From: an uncultured Desulfohalobiaceae bacterium
Lineage (GTDB): Bacteria; Desulfobacterota; Desulfovibrionia; Desulfovibrionales; Desulfothermaceae
Direction: 5' to 3'
NCBI GenBank assembly: GCA_913055815.1
Contig: CAJXKR010000001.1
Coordinates: 1-53,420 of the forward strand
Length of the DNA: 53,420 bases
Position numbers and translations under genes: made by a program. Positions within the stretch are counted from its first letter, which is position 1; every line of letters starts with the position of its first letter. Positions 1-8,333 of the stretch are shown piece by piece. The notes under the pieces are model-generated. The model ran no database searches and was not told the origin of the DNA. It saw only the letters and a program-made list of their open reading frames with translations.

Positions 1-1190
1 GTGTTTTTGTAGATTTCCACTTCAGTGTAAATGTCCAGGACATAAGGGATCTTTATGTATTCGATCCTGTCTTCGAACGAATTGAAATCCTTGATTATTT
101 TCTGGTCTTCCGGATTCATGACCGCAAGGAACAGGGAGTGGACCGTTTCCTCTATCTCCTCTACTTTGTGGCTCCCTTCGCTGACTATATTGTGCAGATC
201 CATGAACCTGGTTTCATTGTTGGATTTTATGTCCATCAGGGCATAGATACCGTTGTTGGTCTTTGCAAATTGAGAGAATATATATTTTACCCGGTTACTA
301 TCCTTGAGCAGGGTATCTATCTTCTTTTGAAGTTCCGGATTGGTGAAATAACTTTCATTTAGAGGTTTATCTCCCGGAGTATAAACTGAAATTCCCTCTC
401 CGAGCCTGCGGTTGAAGTGGTGAGGTTGTGCATAGATCATTTGAAAGACTTTCCAAGGGTCGTGCAACCTCTCCAAAAGTGCTTTGTATAGAGAACTGCA
501 TATGGTGCAGGGTTCATCCCTCCAAACCCAGTCGAATTCCTTGTCAGTAAAGAGTCTCTCCTTGAATTCGCTGTCTGAAAACATTTCCTGGAAGAAATCC
601 TTTCTGTACTGTTTTGGTATCATCAATATGGGGTGATCGAAAGAAGGACAGGGTACTTCTACATAATCTTCCTGTATATCGATCTCGATTCTGGAAATAT
701 CCACTCCCAGCTTGGAAGGGTCCAGGCGCCAGATGGTTTTCAGGATCATCCCCTCCTCGGTCCTGGTGTATTCCTCGAATTTCCTGAGCAAATTGTTCAA
801 GAACGTGCTCTTTCCGGATCCAGGCGGTCCCTTGAAAATATAGATCTTGTTTTGCTGGGCGCTGCGTTTCAGGGAATCCACCAAACTCATCAATCTGTTG
901 GCAAACAGTCTGTCTGCAAAAAACGGGTGATCCGAACCTTCCACAAACAGCTTGGAACAGTCGTAGTGCTTGTAGTGGATGGATTGCGGATCTCCGGTAT
1001 ATTCGTCTATACCTTCCCCTACATATGACTTGATCATGTCGTGGAACAATTGAAATACATTGCGCAGGATTTTCTCGGGATTGTCGTGTAATTGCTCCAA
1101 GAGTTCCTTGAAATCCATGGGCTTGTATATCCTGCTTCCGTTGGTGGTGGAGAGGTATTCTATGGCCTTTTGGAGGTTTTTGTTTTGCAT
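1..1190 (-). CDS. PrkA-family AAA ATPase / putative Ser protein kinase paralog, N-terminal 396 codons only (C-terminus lies beyond the left window edge)
   Basis: Absent from the ORF track because it has no in-window stop. Hand translation of the minus strand from ATG 1190-1188 is open for 396 codons down to position 3: MQNKNLQKAIEYLSTTNGSRIYKPMDFKELLEQLHDNPEKILRNVFQLFHDMI...KIYIFKGPPGSGKSTFLNNLL (Walker A). AAGGAG lies 8 nt upstream of the ATG. Track ORFs 544..1293(-) and 633..1028(+) are off-frame shadows of it. Confidence 0.75.
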   Translation of the reverse strand, partial: MQNKNLQKAIEYLSTTNGSRIYKPMDFKELLEQLHDNPEKILRNVFQLFHDMIKSYVGEGIDEYTGDPQSIHYKHYDCSKLFVEGSDHPFFADRLFANRLMSLVDSLKRSAQQNKIYIFKGPPGSGKSTFLNNLLRKFEEYTRTEEGMILKTIWRLDPSKLGVDISRIEIDIQEDYVEVPCPSFDHPILMIPKQYRKDFFQEMFSDSEFKERLFTDKEFDWVWRDEPCTICSSLYKALLERLHDPWKVFQMIYAQPHHFNRRLGEGISVYTPGDKPLNESYFTNPELQKKIDTLLKDSNRVKYIFSQFAKTNNGIYALMDIKSNNETRFMDLHNIVSEGSHKVEEIEETVHSLFLAVMNPEDQKIIKDFNSFEDRIEYIKIPYVLDIYTEVEIYKN

Positions 1191-1491
1191 GATTTCTGCT
1201 CCTTTGTATCTGGTTCAAACTTCGCAGTTTATCTCCTTGGAAAAATGGCAAAGTTTGTTTTGAATTCCGGCCGTAAGCCTGGAGATTTCTCAAAAAGCAT
1301 AGGTATAATCATAATAAACAAGGTGAATTGTCCTTCGCTAAGCCGTTGTAGAACGGCATTTAGTCTTGCATGATCCTGGATTCCGGCCTACGCTGGAATA
1401 TCGGTACTATTACTTGAAGTTGGCTTGTATGATCTTGTAGTTTTTGAGAATTTAGTAAGCCTGAAACCATGAATTTGGGATCCTTAATAAA

Positions 1492-3105
1492 TTATAATAC
1501 TTGCTTGGTTATTTTTTTGTTTTCCATGGTATACAAGACCTTTTTCCAGGTTATATTAGGCTGGGAATCTTCACTTGTGGATTCGCTCAAGGACTCCACT
1601 TCGTGTGTCTCCAGTTGCACCGGCGCGCCCCAGAGATATTCGATCCCCAGCATGGTGTTGGTGATATAATCCTGCACCAGCGGTCTCTCCTCGAAATGGT
1701 GTTTCAGATAGAGCTTCCCGTCCCGGGTTGTAGAAAAGGAAATACTAGGGGGATGATAAAGATTGTTCATTAGCATCCGTCGATAATCCTCTGCCTTTCT
1801 GCTCTTTACATAGTATTCCCATTTCCTTTTGCCCCGGTTCAGTTTCTTGCCTGCTACAAACAGCTGATAGCGATTCACGAAGTCCTGATTCACGAAATCC
1901 CTGATTAACATGAAATCGCAAAAGTTTTTCCTGACATTGAATATCAGGTCCCTGCCTTTTTGGGTCTTTTGGTCAAAGTTTTCCCTGTCAGTGATGTCCT
2001 GAAGGTTGAAGTAGTCCAGGGAATACTTTCCCTTGTCCCCGTGTTCCTCTATTTGCTTGAATATGCGGCTTCCAATGGCATAGGCGTTCATACCCACTCT
2101 GGAGAGGGCAGCGACTTTGCTGTGCGTCTTGGCAAAGTCCACTTCGTGTCCCTGTATCCTGTCGTCGTTTAGAAAAAGGGTTTCGTGCCAATATGTAGCC
2201 CAACCTTCGTTCATGATCTTGGTACGTATCTGGGGTTGAAAGAACACCGAGGTCTTGCGAACCACTTCCATTACTGACTTTATCCATTTGTTTTCTTGTC
2301 TGTTCAGATAGTCCGAGTTTTCCATGATAAATTGCATCAAGTCCTGGTTAGAGTTGTCTTCAGCTTCTTGATGTCTTTTGAATTTTTCTTCGAATTCCGG
2401 GAATCTCTTCTTGACGTTGGAGAAAAAGAGCTGGTTGCCTACTTCTTCATCGTGGGTGTTTATATAGGAATTGTATTCCTCTATTTCTTTCAAGTAATCC
2501 TGGGTGCTGAAATCTTTATAGTTTTGCAGGAAGACGTCGAAATAGTAGTCGATCTGTTTTTGTTGGGTGGTTTTGATCCAGGGCCTATCCTGTCTGGAGA
2601 GTTCATTGAAATATCCCACCAGGTTGTCCATGCCGCGAGCGAATTCTATTATGTAATCCACCCAACGGCCTTTTTCAGATCTCAGTCTGGCTATAAGTCT
2701 TTTGTCAGCCAGGGCCTCTCCCTTGAAATCGTAATTCCAGGTGTCCTGGTAATAATAGTTGTTCTGGAAGAAATCTATATGTGCTAGGACGTGGTAGAAT
2801 ATCATGACATTCATCCAGTCCGGGTTGTTGTCGTTGTAAAAGGAAATTGCCGGCCTGGTGTTTATTACTGTTTCGAAGGGATTCACCGGATACAAGTCGT
2901 AGCGCCCCTTTTCCTTCAATACCTCGACATCCTGTACCCAGTAGTCGTACAGGGTGGGAATCATCAATTTGGGGCTTAGTTCCAGCAGGTCCCTGTTGCT
3001 GACTATATATTCCAGGGTCTGTTGTTCAAAGTTGAGCCCCATATCCCGGGCCCTTTCCTTGCAGCCTTCCATTATTTTCTTGGAGTGTTGGTCTATGAGT
3101 TCCAT
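1492..3105 (-). CDS. spoVR: SpoVR/YcgB family protein
   Basis: 537-aa ORF with AAGGAGG 5 nt upstream of ATG 3105. Family hallmark NEGWATYWHETLF is present. Third gene of a prkA-yeaH-spoVR cluster. Confidence 0.9.
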   Translation of the reverse strand: MELIDQHSKKIMEGCKERARDMGLNFEQQTLEYIVSNRDLLELSPKLMIPTLYDYWVQDVEVLKEKGRYDLYPVNPFETVINTRPAISFYNDNNPDWMNVMIFYHVLAHIDFFQNNYYYQDTWNYDFKGEALADKRLIARLRSEKGRWVDYIIEFARGMDNLVGYFNELSRQDRPWIKTTQQKQIDYYFDVFLQNYKDFSTQDYLKEIEEYNSYINTHDEEVGNQLFFSNVKKRFPEFEEKFKRHQEAEDNSNQDLMQFIMENSDYLNRQENKWIKSVMEVVRKTSVFFQPQIRTKIMNEGWATYWHETLFLNDDRIQGHEVDFAKTHSKVAALSRVGMNAYAIGSRIFKQIEEHGDKGKYSLDYFNLQDITDRENFDQKTQKGRDLIFNVRKNFCDFMLIRDFVNQDFVNRYQLFVAGKKLNRGKRKWEYYVKSRKAEDYRRMLMNNLYHPPSISFSTTRDGKLYLKHHFEERPLVQDYITNTMLGIEYLWGAPVQLETHEVESLSESTSEDSQPNITWKKVLYTMENKKITKQVL

Positions 3106-3275
3106 TGATCCTCCTTTAGCTTGTTTTCATCCGGAAACTGCCAAATTGAAGTGTTACTACCTCAAGCTTTAAAATTATTCCTCGACGTATTAAGATACGC
3201 CTGCTCATAATTTCTTGATTTCCTCGTCAAACGAAAAAAATTTAGTTTCCGAATTGAAAACTTACTATTTTCAAA

Positions 3276-3298
3276 TCCGGAAGTTAAGAATTTCCGGA
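3276..3298 (-). other. intercistronic hairpin between yeaH stop and spoVR start
   Basis: TCCGGAA-9 nt-TTCCGGA, a 7-bp perfect stem 7 nt after the yeaH stop. On the minus strand the tail is only weakly T-rich (TTTGAAAATAG), so it is not a clear terminator. Confidence 0.4.
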
Positions 3299-3304
3299 TG
3301 GGAA

Positions 3305-4567
3305 CTAGCTTGCTACAAATTCCCCCTCGCTGGTAAGGTGGCGTATGCCCTCTATAAGCCGTGTTTCATCCGCGTCTTCCGGGATAACGTCAGTGCGCAG
3401 GTGATCGCTTTTTTCCGTGAGCAGATTCGACGCTTCCAGGTTATTGTGCAGGTTGCTTTTGCGTCCGGAAAAATTGCTTGCAGCTATGGATATGCCTATC
3501 CGGTTGGCGTAAGTGAGCATGTGTCTTAGAGCCGGAAGGGTCTGTTTTCCGTCCGAGTCCCAATCATCTCCGTCGGTTCCGTGGAAAATGTATATATTGT
3601 AGTCCCGATACAGGCTTTCCTGTTCAATTATGTCAGTGACCATTTTGTAGGCGGAAACTATTTTTGTCCCACCGGCTACTTTGGAATTGTAGTAGGAATA
3701 AAAGTCCGGGACTTCCTTTGCTTCTGTGTCGTGCAAAATGAAGCGGGTTTCCACCTGTTGGGAGTACTGGTACAGGAGCCAGCTGTATATGAGTACGTGC
3801 TGTGCGACCACTATCTCAGTGGATTTTCCCCACATGGAACCGGAGTAATCGCGCAGAAAAAACACTATGGCCTGGGATTCGTAATCCTTTTCCCGGGAAA
3901 GTATGCGATAGATTTTGTCGTTGGGGGAAATGAGCAGATCTTCAGTCCTTATCTCTCCCTCCGGTGTGATATTTCCCAGAATGACGTTGGTGTCCACTAT
4001 CCGCCTTAGTGTTGATTTTTTATCCAGCAGTTGTCCCACCCCCTGGTGTGTATCCGTCAATTCGTAGGTGTAGTTGGTCAAGGAGCGTTTTTTACCTTTG
4101 TTCTGCAAATTGGGGAGTTCGAATTTTTCCGTGAGTATCCTTCCAAGATCGTAGGCATCTGATTCCACTTCGTGGGCACCGCCTCCTCCTTCACCTGCTC
4201 CCCCTTCACCTTCGGAACCTTCATCTATCGGCTCCTCGCCGACTACTTCACCTTCCTCCCCTTCGCCGGACCCCCCGCTTGTATCTTCTTGCTGGGCATA
4301 ATCTATGTTGTCGTGGATAAACTTTTCCTCCACCGTGGTAGGTACAATGGATATCTTCCTGTCATTGCCCTTTCCGGGCTTGATCAGCCTTCCCACCTTG
4401 ATCTTCCTGGGAAATCCGTCCTCTTCCCTTTTCTTGTCCCTGTCCAGCAGCTCATCCAGTGACTTCAGGCAGAGGTGGCAATCCTCTCCCGGAAAATCGA
4501 GTTCCTGCAAAAAGGACAAGTCGTTGGCCCTATATATCCCGTAATATGGAGAGCGGTTTATTTTCAT
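3305..4567 (-). CDS. yeaH: YeaH/YhbH family protein (DUF444, vWA-like)
   Basis: 420-aa ORF with AAGGAGAAG upstream of ATG 4567. Acidic Gly/Glu tract (GGSGEGEEGEVVGEEPIDEGSEGEGGAGEGGGG) followed by a vWA-like half with a MIDAS-like DYSGS motif. Sits between prkA and spoVR. Confidence 0.9.
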   Translation of the reverse strand: MKINRSPYYGIYRANDLSFLQELDFPGEDCHLCLKSLDELLDRDKKREEDGFPRKIKVGRLIKPGKGNDRKISIVPTTVEEKFIHDNIDYAQQEDTSGGSGEGEEGEVVGEEPIDEGSEGEGGAGEGGGGAHEVESDAYDLGRILTEKFELPNLQNKGKKRSLTNYTYELTDTHQGVGQLLDKKSTLRRIVDTNVILGNITPEGEIRTEDLLISPNDKIYRILSREKDYESQAIVFFLRDYSGSMWGKSTEIVVAQHVLIYSWLLYQYSQQVETRFILHDTEAKEVPDFYSYYNSKVAGGTKIVSAYKMVTDIIEQESLYRDYNIYIFHGTDGDDWDSDGKQTLPALRHMLTYANRIGISIAASNFSGRKSNLHNNLEASNLLTEKSDHLRTDVIPEDADETRLIEGIRHLTSEGEFVAS

Positions 4568-4603
4568 GGATCTTCTCCTTGCTTAGAAAAAAGTTGCATA
4601 GCT

Positions 4604-4670
4604 TAACATTACAACTAAATAGATCCAAGTTATCTCGGAACCTTAATATAAAACTTTCGCAGTAGTGTTG
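4604..4670 (+). repeat. short (internally deleted) copy of the ~160-nt MITE-like hairpin element
   Basis: AACATTACAACTAAA + TAGATCCAAGTTATCTCGGAACCTTAATATAAAACTTTCGCAGTAGTGTTG. This aligns to the left terminus plus right third of the copies at 9425..9585 and 52238..52396; the central ~90 nt are missing. Confidence 0.7.
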
Positions 4671-4690
4671 TTGTCTTTATCTTGACTCCT

Positions 4691-4723
4691 ATGCCCTAGG
4701 GGGCACAACGAATGATGGGCAAT
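4691..4723 (-). repeat. GC-rich hairpin module associated with octamer array (copy B)
   Basis: ATGCCC-TAGGGGGCACAACGAATGAT-GGGCAAT. Alignable with 8181..8213 (CTTGCCCG-AGGGGCGCACTGAAACA-CGGGCAAG). Both are followed by CTCG..ACGAA..GAGAAAAA and then an octamer array. Confidence 0.55.
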
Positions 4724-4770
4724 CTCGTCAACGAATACTTTCGATGCGAGAAAAATTCTTGTTCTTACAC

Positions 4771-4850
4771 CTAAAACCTAACACCTTAAAACTCTAACAC
4801 TCTAACACTCTAAAACTCTAACACTCTAAAACTCTAAAACTTAAAAACTT
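4771..4850 (-). repeat. tandem array of ten 8-nt units (plus strand TAA[A/C]ACTC; sense/minus strand GAGTKTTA)
   Basis: ctaaaacc taacacct taaaactc taacactc taacactc taaaactc taacactc taaaactc taaaactt aaaaactt. The array starts 8 nt after the prkA stop codon (4858-4860), inside the prkA-yeaH spacer. Confidence 0.9.
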
Positions 4851-4857
4851 TTCCGTG

Positions 4858-6903
4858 TTAATTCTCGTCTTCCTGGGTACAAAAGTATTCAATAGTCTTT
4901 TGCGCACAAGTCTGGCAATAATTCAGCTTGGTAAGCATGGTGTTTATCATGCGGTTGTACAGCTCCTGATTCTCTTCATTGCTCCTGTTTGCCAGGGCTC
5001 CCACCAAACTGCCGGCACTGGCGATGTCGGATTTGAGCCTTACGTCGGTTACCGCCTTGACCAGTTCAAGATTGTCCATAAAGTCATAGTTCGGGTCCAC
5101 CGAGATCTTTTGTCCGTATATCTTTCTCAGGGAAGTGCGGTAACTTTCCCTTTGTTCCGAAGTCTCCAGGCCTAGCCTTTTCTCCACGCTGTTTATGAAG
5201 CGCTCGTCAATTTTCAGTGCCCTTAACTCTCCGGTCTGGGGGTCCTTGTACTTCCACATTTTGTCCGGACCCAGATTCTCCGCATCAATCCCGATGATCA
5301 TATTCACGTAATTGAGCACGTCCTTGCGAATTGCCTGGGGCTCGTCCATATATGCATTGAACATCTCTGTCATTATCCTCTCTCTGTATAGTCCCTTGGC
5401 TATTTTCAAATCTTCCAGGTATTTCGCCCTGTCGTTGGCATCGGTTACATAATCCAGGATAACCCTCTCCAGGGAGTTAAAAAAGTCATAGGCGAACATG
5501 CACCTTCCTTCGTTGGTCTCGGAACTTTCCACCATTAATTGTATCGCACGTCCCAGATTCCTCTGCCCCAGTCCTTTTTGTCCGAAACGTTTGGTCACGT
5601 CGGACTCTTGATTCAGGGTGTCTATCACCTCGGTCAGTGTCTTGATGCTTTTTTCTCCAGCCACCTCTCCTGCAGACAGTTTCATGGTCTCTATGGGAGT
5701 AAGTTTCTCGGTTCTGGGCAGTCTTGTAAGTACCACTGCCACGGAGGCTGCATAGTTCAAGTTGGGATCCTGGTGCAGATTTTCCCCTTCAAAGGTGGTC
5801 TTGGACTGATTCCCTATGGCGTAGGAGGTGAGTTCCTGTTGCAATTTGTAGTTGGTGTTGTGGGAAACGTAGCAGATCCTGCACCTGTCAATTATCGGGG
5901 CCTCCTCTTTTTCGGAGAGGATTTGGTTAAATTCCGAGCTGTTACTGGTTGCGATTATCAGGGAGTCTATAGGCCATTTGAACCCGTCCAGTTCTATTTC
6001 CCTGTTTTGGATCACCCCCAGGTATACCTGGACCAAGTCCTTTTTGTTCTTGTATATTTCGTCGCTGAAGTGTATTCCTCCTCCAGCAACTCTAGCCAGT
6101 GCACCCCTTCGCAGGTCGTACCTGTAAGGGTTGTTGGTGTCTGTAATATGAAGCAGCCTTTGTATGGATTCTTCGCCCAACAGGTCCACTGCAGAGGAAG
6201 TTATTTTGTCCTTTGCCGGATACTTGCCCGTGATTGTACCCAGGCTCTCGATGATCGGTACCGGCGAGATGTCGATAAACTCCAGGGCCTGTTCAATATC
6301 CCCATTGGTAAGTGTCTTGATATCGTTCCATATGTATCCGCTGCATGCGCCAAGAGGCCTGTAATCTTCGTAAATCTTGTCTATTTCCTTGTCAGTGAAG
6401 CCGATTTCGTTGCCCAGGAAATTCTTGTTTTCCTCCGGGTCATCGTAAAGATTCATTGCCAAGACCATGGGATCTTCGTAGGTCTGGGATTCTATGCTGT
6501 GTATACGGCCATAAGTTTGAAGTTTGTCCAGGTGGTTGAATTTGAACGTGTATTTGGCGTTCTTTTCCCGGGAGAGAAATTCCCTGTACTTGTTGCACAG
6601 AAAGTCCACGAAAAAAGTCTTTCCGTTCCCGGGTTCACCAACCAGCACAAAGGCCATCTCCTTGGACGATCCACCTTCAGAAGCATCTTTCACATAAGAG
6701 ACAAAGCTGTTTATTTCATCGTACATGCCGATTATATGTTTTTTCCCTTTCCTGAAGATCTTGAAGTCGTAGGTGGTTTTTCCGTTTACAGTTACTTTTT
6801 CGAATTCATCTTCCAAAATCATTCTGGTTACTGATTGGAAAGCGTTCTCAAAAGTCCTCTCCCCATTCTTGACTTTTTGTAAATGTTCTTTCAGGGTTTG
6901 CAT
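4858..6903 (-). CDS. prkA: PrkA/YeaG family serine protein kinase (AAA ATPase fold)
   Basis: 684-aa track ORF with Walker A VGEPGNGKTFF, typical PrkA length, and yeaH and spoVR downstream. GGAGG abuts the first ATG (6912), so the ATG at 6903 (9-nt spacing, MQTLKEHLQ...) is the likelier start. Confidence 0.9.
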   Translation of the reverse strand: MQTLKEHLQKVKNGERTFENAFQSVTRMILEDEFEKVTVNGKTTYDFKIFRKGKKHIIGMYDEINSFVSYVKDASEGGSSKEMAFVLVGEPGNGKTFFVDFLCNKYREFLSREKNAKYTFKFNHLDKLQTYGRIHSIESQTYEDPMVLAMNLYDDPEENKNFLGNEIGFTDKEIDKIYEDYRPLGACSGYIWNDIKTLTNGDIEQALEFIDISPVPIIESLGTITGKYPAKDKITSSAVDLLGEESIQRLLHITDTNNPYRYDLRRGALARVAGGGIHFSDEIYKNKKDLVQVYLGVIQNREIELDGFKWPIDSLIIATSNSSEFNQILSEKEEAPIIDRCRICYVSHNTNYKLQQELTSYAIGNQSKTTFEGENLHQDPNLNYAASVAVVLTRLPRTEKLTPIETMKLSAGEVAGEKSIKTLTEVIDTLNQESDVTKRFGQKGLGQRNLGRAIQLMVESSETNEGRCMFAYDFFNSLERVILDYVTDANDRAKYLEDLKIAKGLYRERIMTEMFNAYMDEPQAIRKDVLNYVNMIIGIDAENLGPDKMWKYKDPQTGELRALKIDERFINSVEKRLGLETSEQRESYRTSLRKIYGQKISVDPNYDFMDNLELVKAVTDVRLKSDIASAGSLVGALANRSNEENQELYNRMINTMLTKLNYCQTCAQKTIEYFCTQEDEN

Positions 6904-6947
6904 TATATCCATCCTCCTTCATTTTGTTGAACTCATCCTTATTGTGC

Positions 6948-6992
6948 TTCCTTAAATAAAAAGCCCCGGTTGAATTGTTTCGCCGGGGCTTT
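6948..6992 (-). terminator. rho-independent-terminator-like hairpin on the minus strand, ~45 nt upstream of the prkA start
   Basis: AAAGCCCCGG-13 nt-CCGGGGCTTT (10-bp GC-rich stem). On the minus strand it is followed by TTTTTATTT. No convincing upstream minus-strand gene is visible, so its role (terminator of an unannotated transcript versus 5' UTR structure) is open. Confidence 0.45.
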
Positions 6993-7657
6993 CAAGGAGG
7001 CATGTTGTATTGCCTGATGTTTCGCCCTGGCGAAACAAGGGTTGTAAAAATCTTTGCTGCCACCGCTACGGTCAAAGATCCAAAAATCATTTTGCAGAGC
7101 AGTTTTAATTGTTTTGATTGAAAATAATTTAACTTGACCATACTTAAGCTGATTTTGTTTTGATTTTGTTAGGCCATCAAAGGCCGATTGCATACAACTT
7201 AATCTTGAAAGAAGTTTAACTAGCAAAACATTGTTTATACAGTTCCTTGCAATTTATTTAAATTATTAAATTTGAATCCTTTCAATTTTATGTGTTTTTT
7301 CCTAAGGGGCGGTGACCAGCTTTAATTAAACCACTTTAAAATTTCTTAGTATTTAAATATTATAATAAATAAATGAATGTTTCAAGGGGGATTGAGAAAA
7401 AAAATATATAAATTGGCCTTGATTAAACTGGCTTGTGATCTAGATTCTCCCTGTATAAATATATATAGCTGATATTGGTTTGAGCTAATTGATTGAAATA
7501 ATGTATTTTAAAATCAAGATTTTTGTTGAATGGTTTTGATCCAGAGGAGTTTGGGCAAATATGATTTTTGCTAAAGGAGAGACAATACCTAACGGTCCAG
7601 GAAGACACCCATTTAACTGTTTGGCATAAATTTACCTGATGAAATTAGAAAAATTTC

Positions 7658-7687
7658 TTGACACTAAGGTCGGGTTTAGCCTAAAAA
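7658..7687 (+). promoter_or_regulatory. candidate sigma70-type promoter of rpsT
   Basis: TTGACA (7658-7663), 18 nt, TAAAAA(T) (7682-7688), about 40 nt upstream of the rpsT start. The -10 is imperfect. Confidence 0.4.
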
Positions 7688-7726
7688 TATGGCTTCTGAA
7701 CATGAAATAAAAAAGGAGGTCAATAG

Positions 7727-7993
7727 TTGGCTACTCATAAACAAGCCTTAAAAAGGCACAGGCAAAGTCTCAGGGCACGTTCCAGAAACAGGGGTATTAA
7801 GACTCATGTAAAAAATGTGATCAAGGATGTGAACAAGGCAATAGAAAGCAAGGACAAGGAACAGGCAAATCGAGAATTGAAACGAGCAAATTCGATCCTG
7901 GATAAAGCCGCTTCCAAGGGAGTAATCCATTGGCGCAAGGCTACTAGGACTATGTCCAGGTTGAACAAGGCAGTTAATAAATTGGATCAATAA
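7727..7993 (+). CDS. rpsT: 30S ribosomal protein S20 (bS20)
   Basis: 88 aa with a TTG start and AAGGAGG 7 nt upstream. MATHKQALKRHRQSLRARSRNR...ASKGVIHWRKA is typical basic S20 sequence. Confidence 0.95.
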   Translation: MATHKQALKRHRQSLRARSRNRGIKTHVKNVIKDVNKAIESKDKEQANRELKRANSILDKAASKGVIHWRKATRTMSRLNKAVNKLDQ

Positions 7994-8140
7994 CAATATT
8001 GATCAGGAATTGAATTTGGCCTTGACGTGAAAGATCTGGTTAAGTGATTGCATATTCACGTAAGAAAACTATTCCAGGGCTGTTGTGAACAGATCTTTCA
8101 TGCCTGGGTGTTCAGTTGTGCATGTAAGTAAGTAAATACA

Positions 8141-8166
8141 AGGGCTAATAACTACTTGTTAGCCCT
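8141..8166. terminator. hairpin between convergent rpsT and DUF3786 genes (possible terminator)
   Basis: AGGGCTAA-10 nt-TTAGCCCT, an 8-bp stem. There is no strong T tract on either strand. Confidence 0.3.
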
Positions 8167-8180
8167 CCATATTTACTGTG

Positions 8181-8213
8181 CTTGCCCGAGGGGCGCACTG
8201 AAACACGGGCAAG
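8181..8213 (-). repeat. GC-rich hairpin module associated with octamer array (copy A)
   Basis: CTTGCCCG-AGGGGCGCACTGAAACA-CGGGCAAG (8-bp stem). Alignable with 4691..4723 and likewise followed by CTCGGCTACGAA..GGGAGAAAAA and a degenerate octamer array. Confidence 0.55.
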
Positions 8214-8239
8214 CTCGGCTACGAAGCAGGGAGAAAAAC

Positions 8240-8290
8240 TAAAACATTTTCTAACCTAACATTCAACTACCTTAAAAATCTAATACTTTT
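8240..8290 (-). repeat. degenerate 8-nt tandem array related to 4771..4850
   Basis: taaaacat...taacc taacattc aactacct taaaaatc taatactt. Same orientation as array 1; lies 44 nt downstream (in the sense direction) of the stop of the minus-strand gene 8334..9152. Confidence 0.6.
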
Positions 8291-8333
8291 CATAATAAGA
8301 CAATATTGATGCATTCCCTTTATTATCCATGTC

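Noticed and set aside
544-1293. Track ORFs 544..1293(-), 633..1028(+), 1060..1263(+) and 1092..1373(+) at the left edge
   Set aside because: The real gene is in another minus-strand frame (1..1190, PrkA-like, verified open by hand). These ORFs give Arg/Gln-rich nonsense and lack ribosome-binding sites.
4771-4850. Possible CRISPR array (also considered for 49485..49532 and 50500..50547)
   Set aside because: The units are 8 nt, directly abutting with no spacers. They are far below CRISPR repeat size, and no cas genes are present.
5539-6834. 431-aa + strand ORF antisense to prkA
   Set aside because: It lies fully inside the well-supported prkA frame. The translation is Val/Phe/Gly-rich with no recognisable motif, so it is an antisense shadow.
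7002-7121. 39-codon + strand small ORF (MLYCLMFRPGETRVVKIFAATATVKDPKIILQSSFNCFD) after AAGGAGG
   Set aside because: The SD-to-ATG spacing is only 1 nt. The sequence overlaps two hairpins and has no recognisable features.
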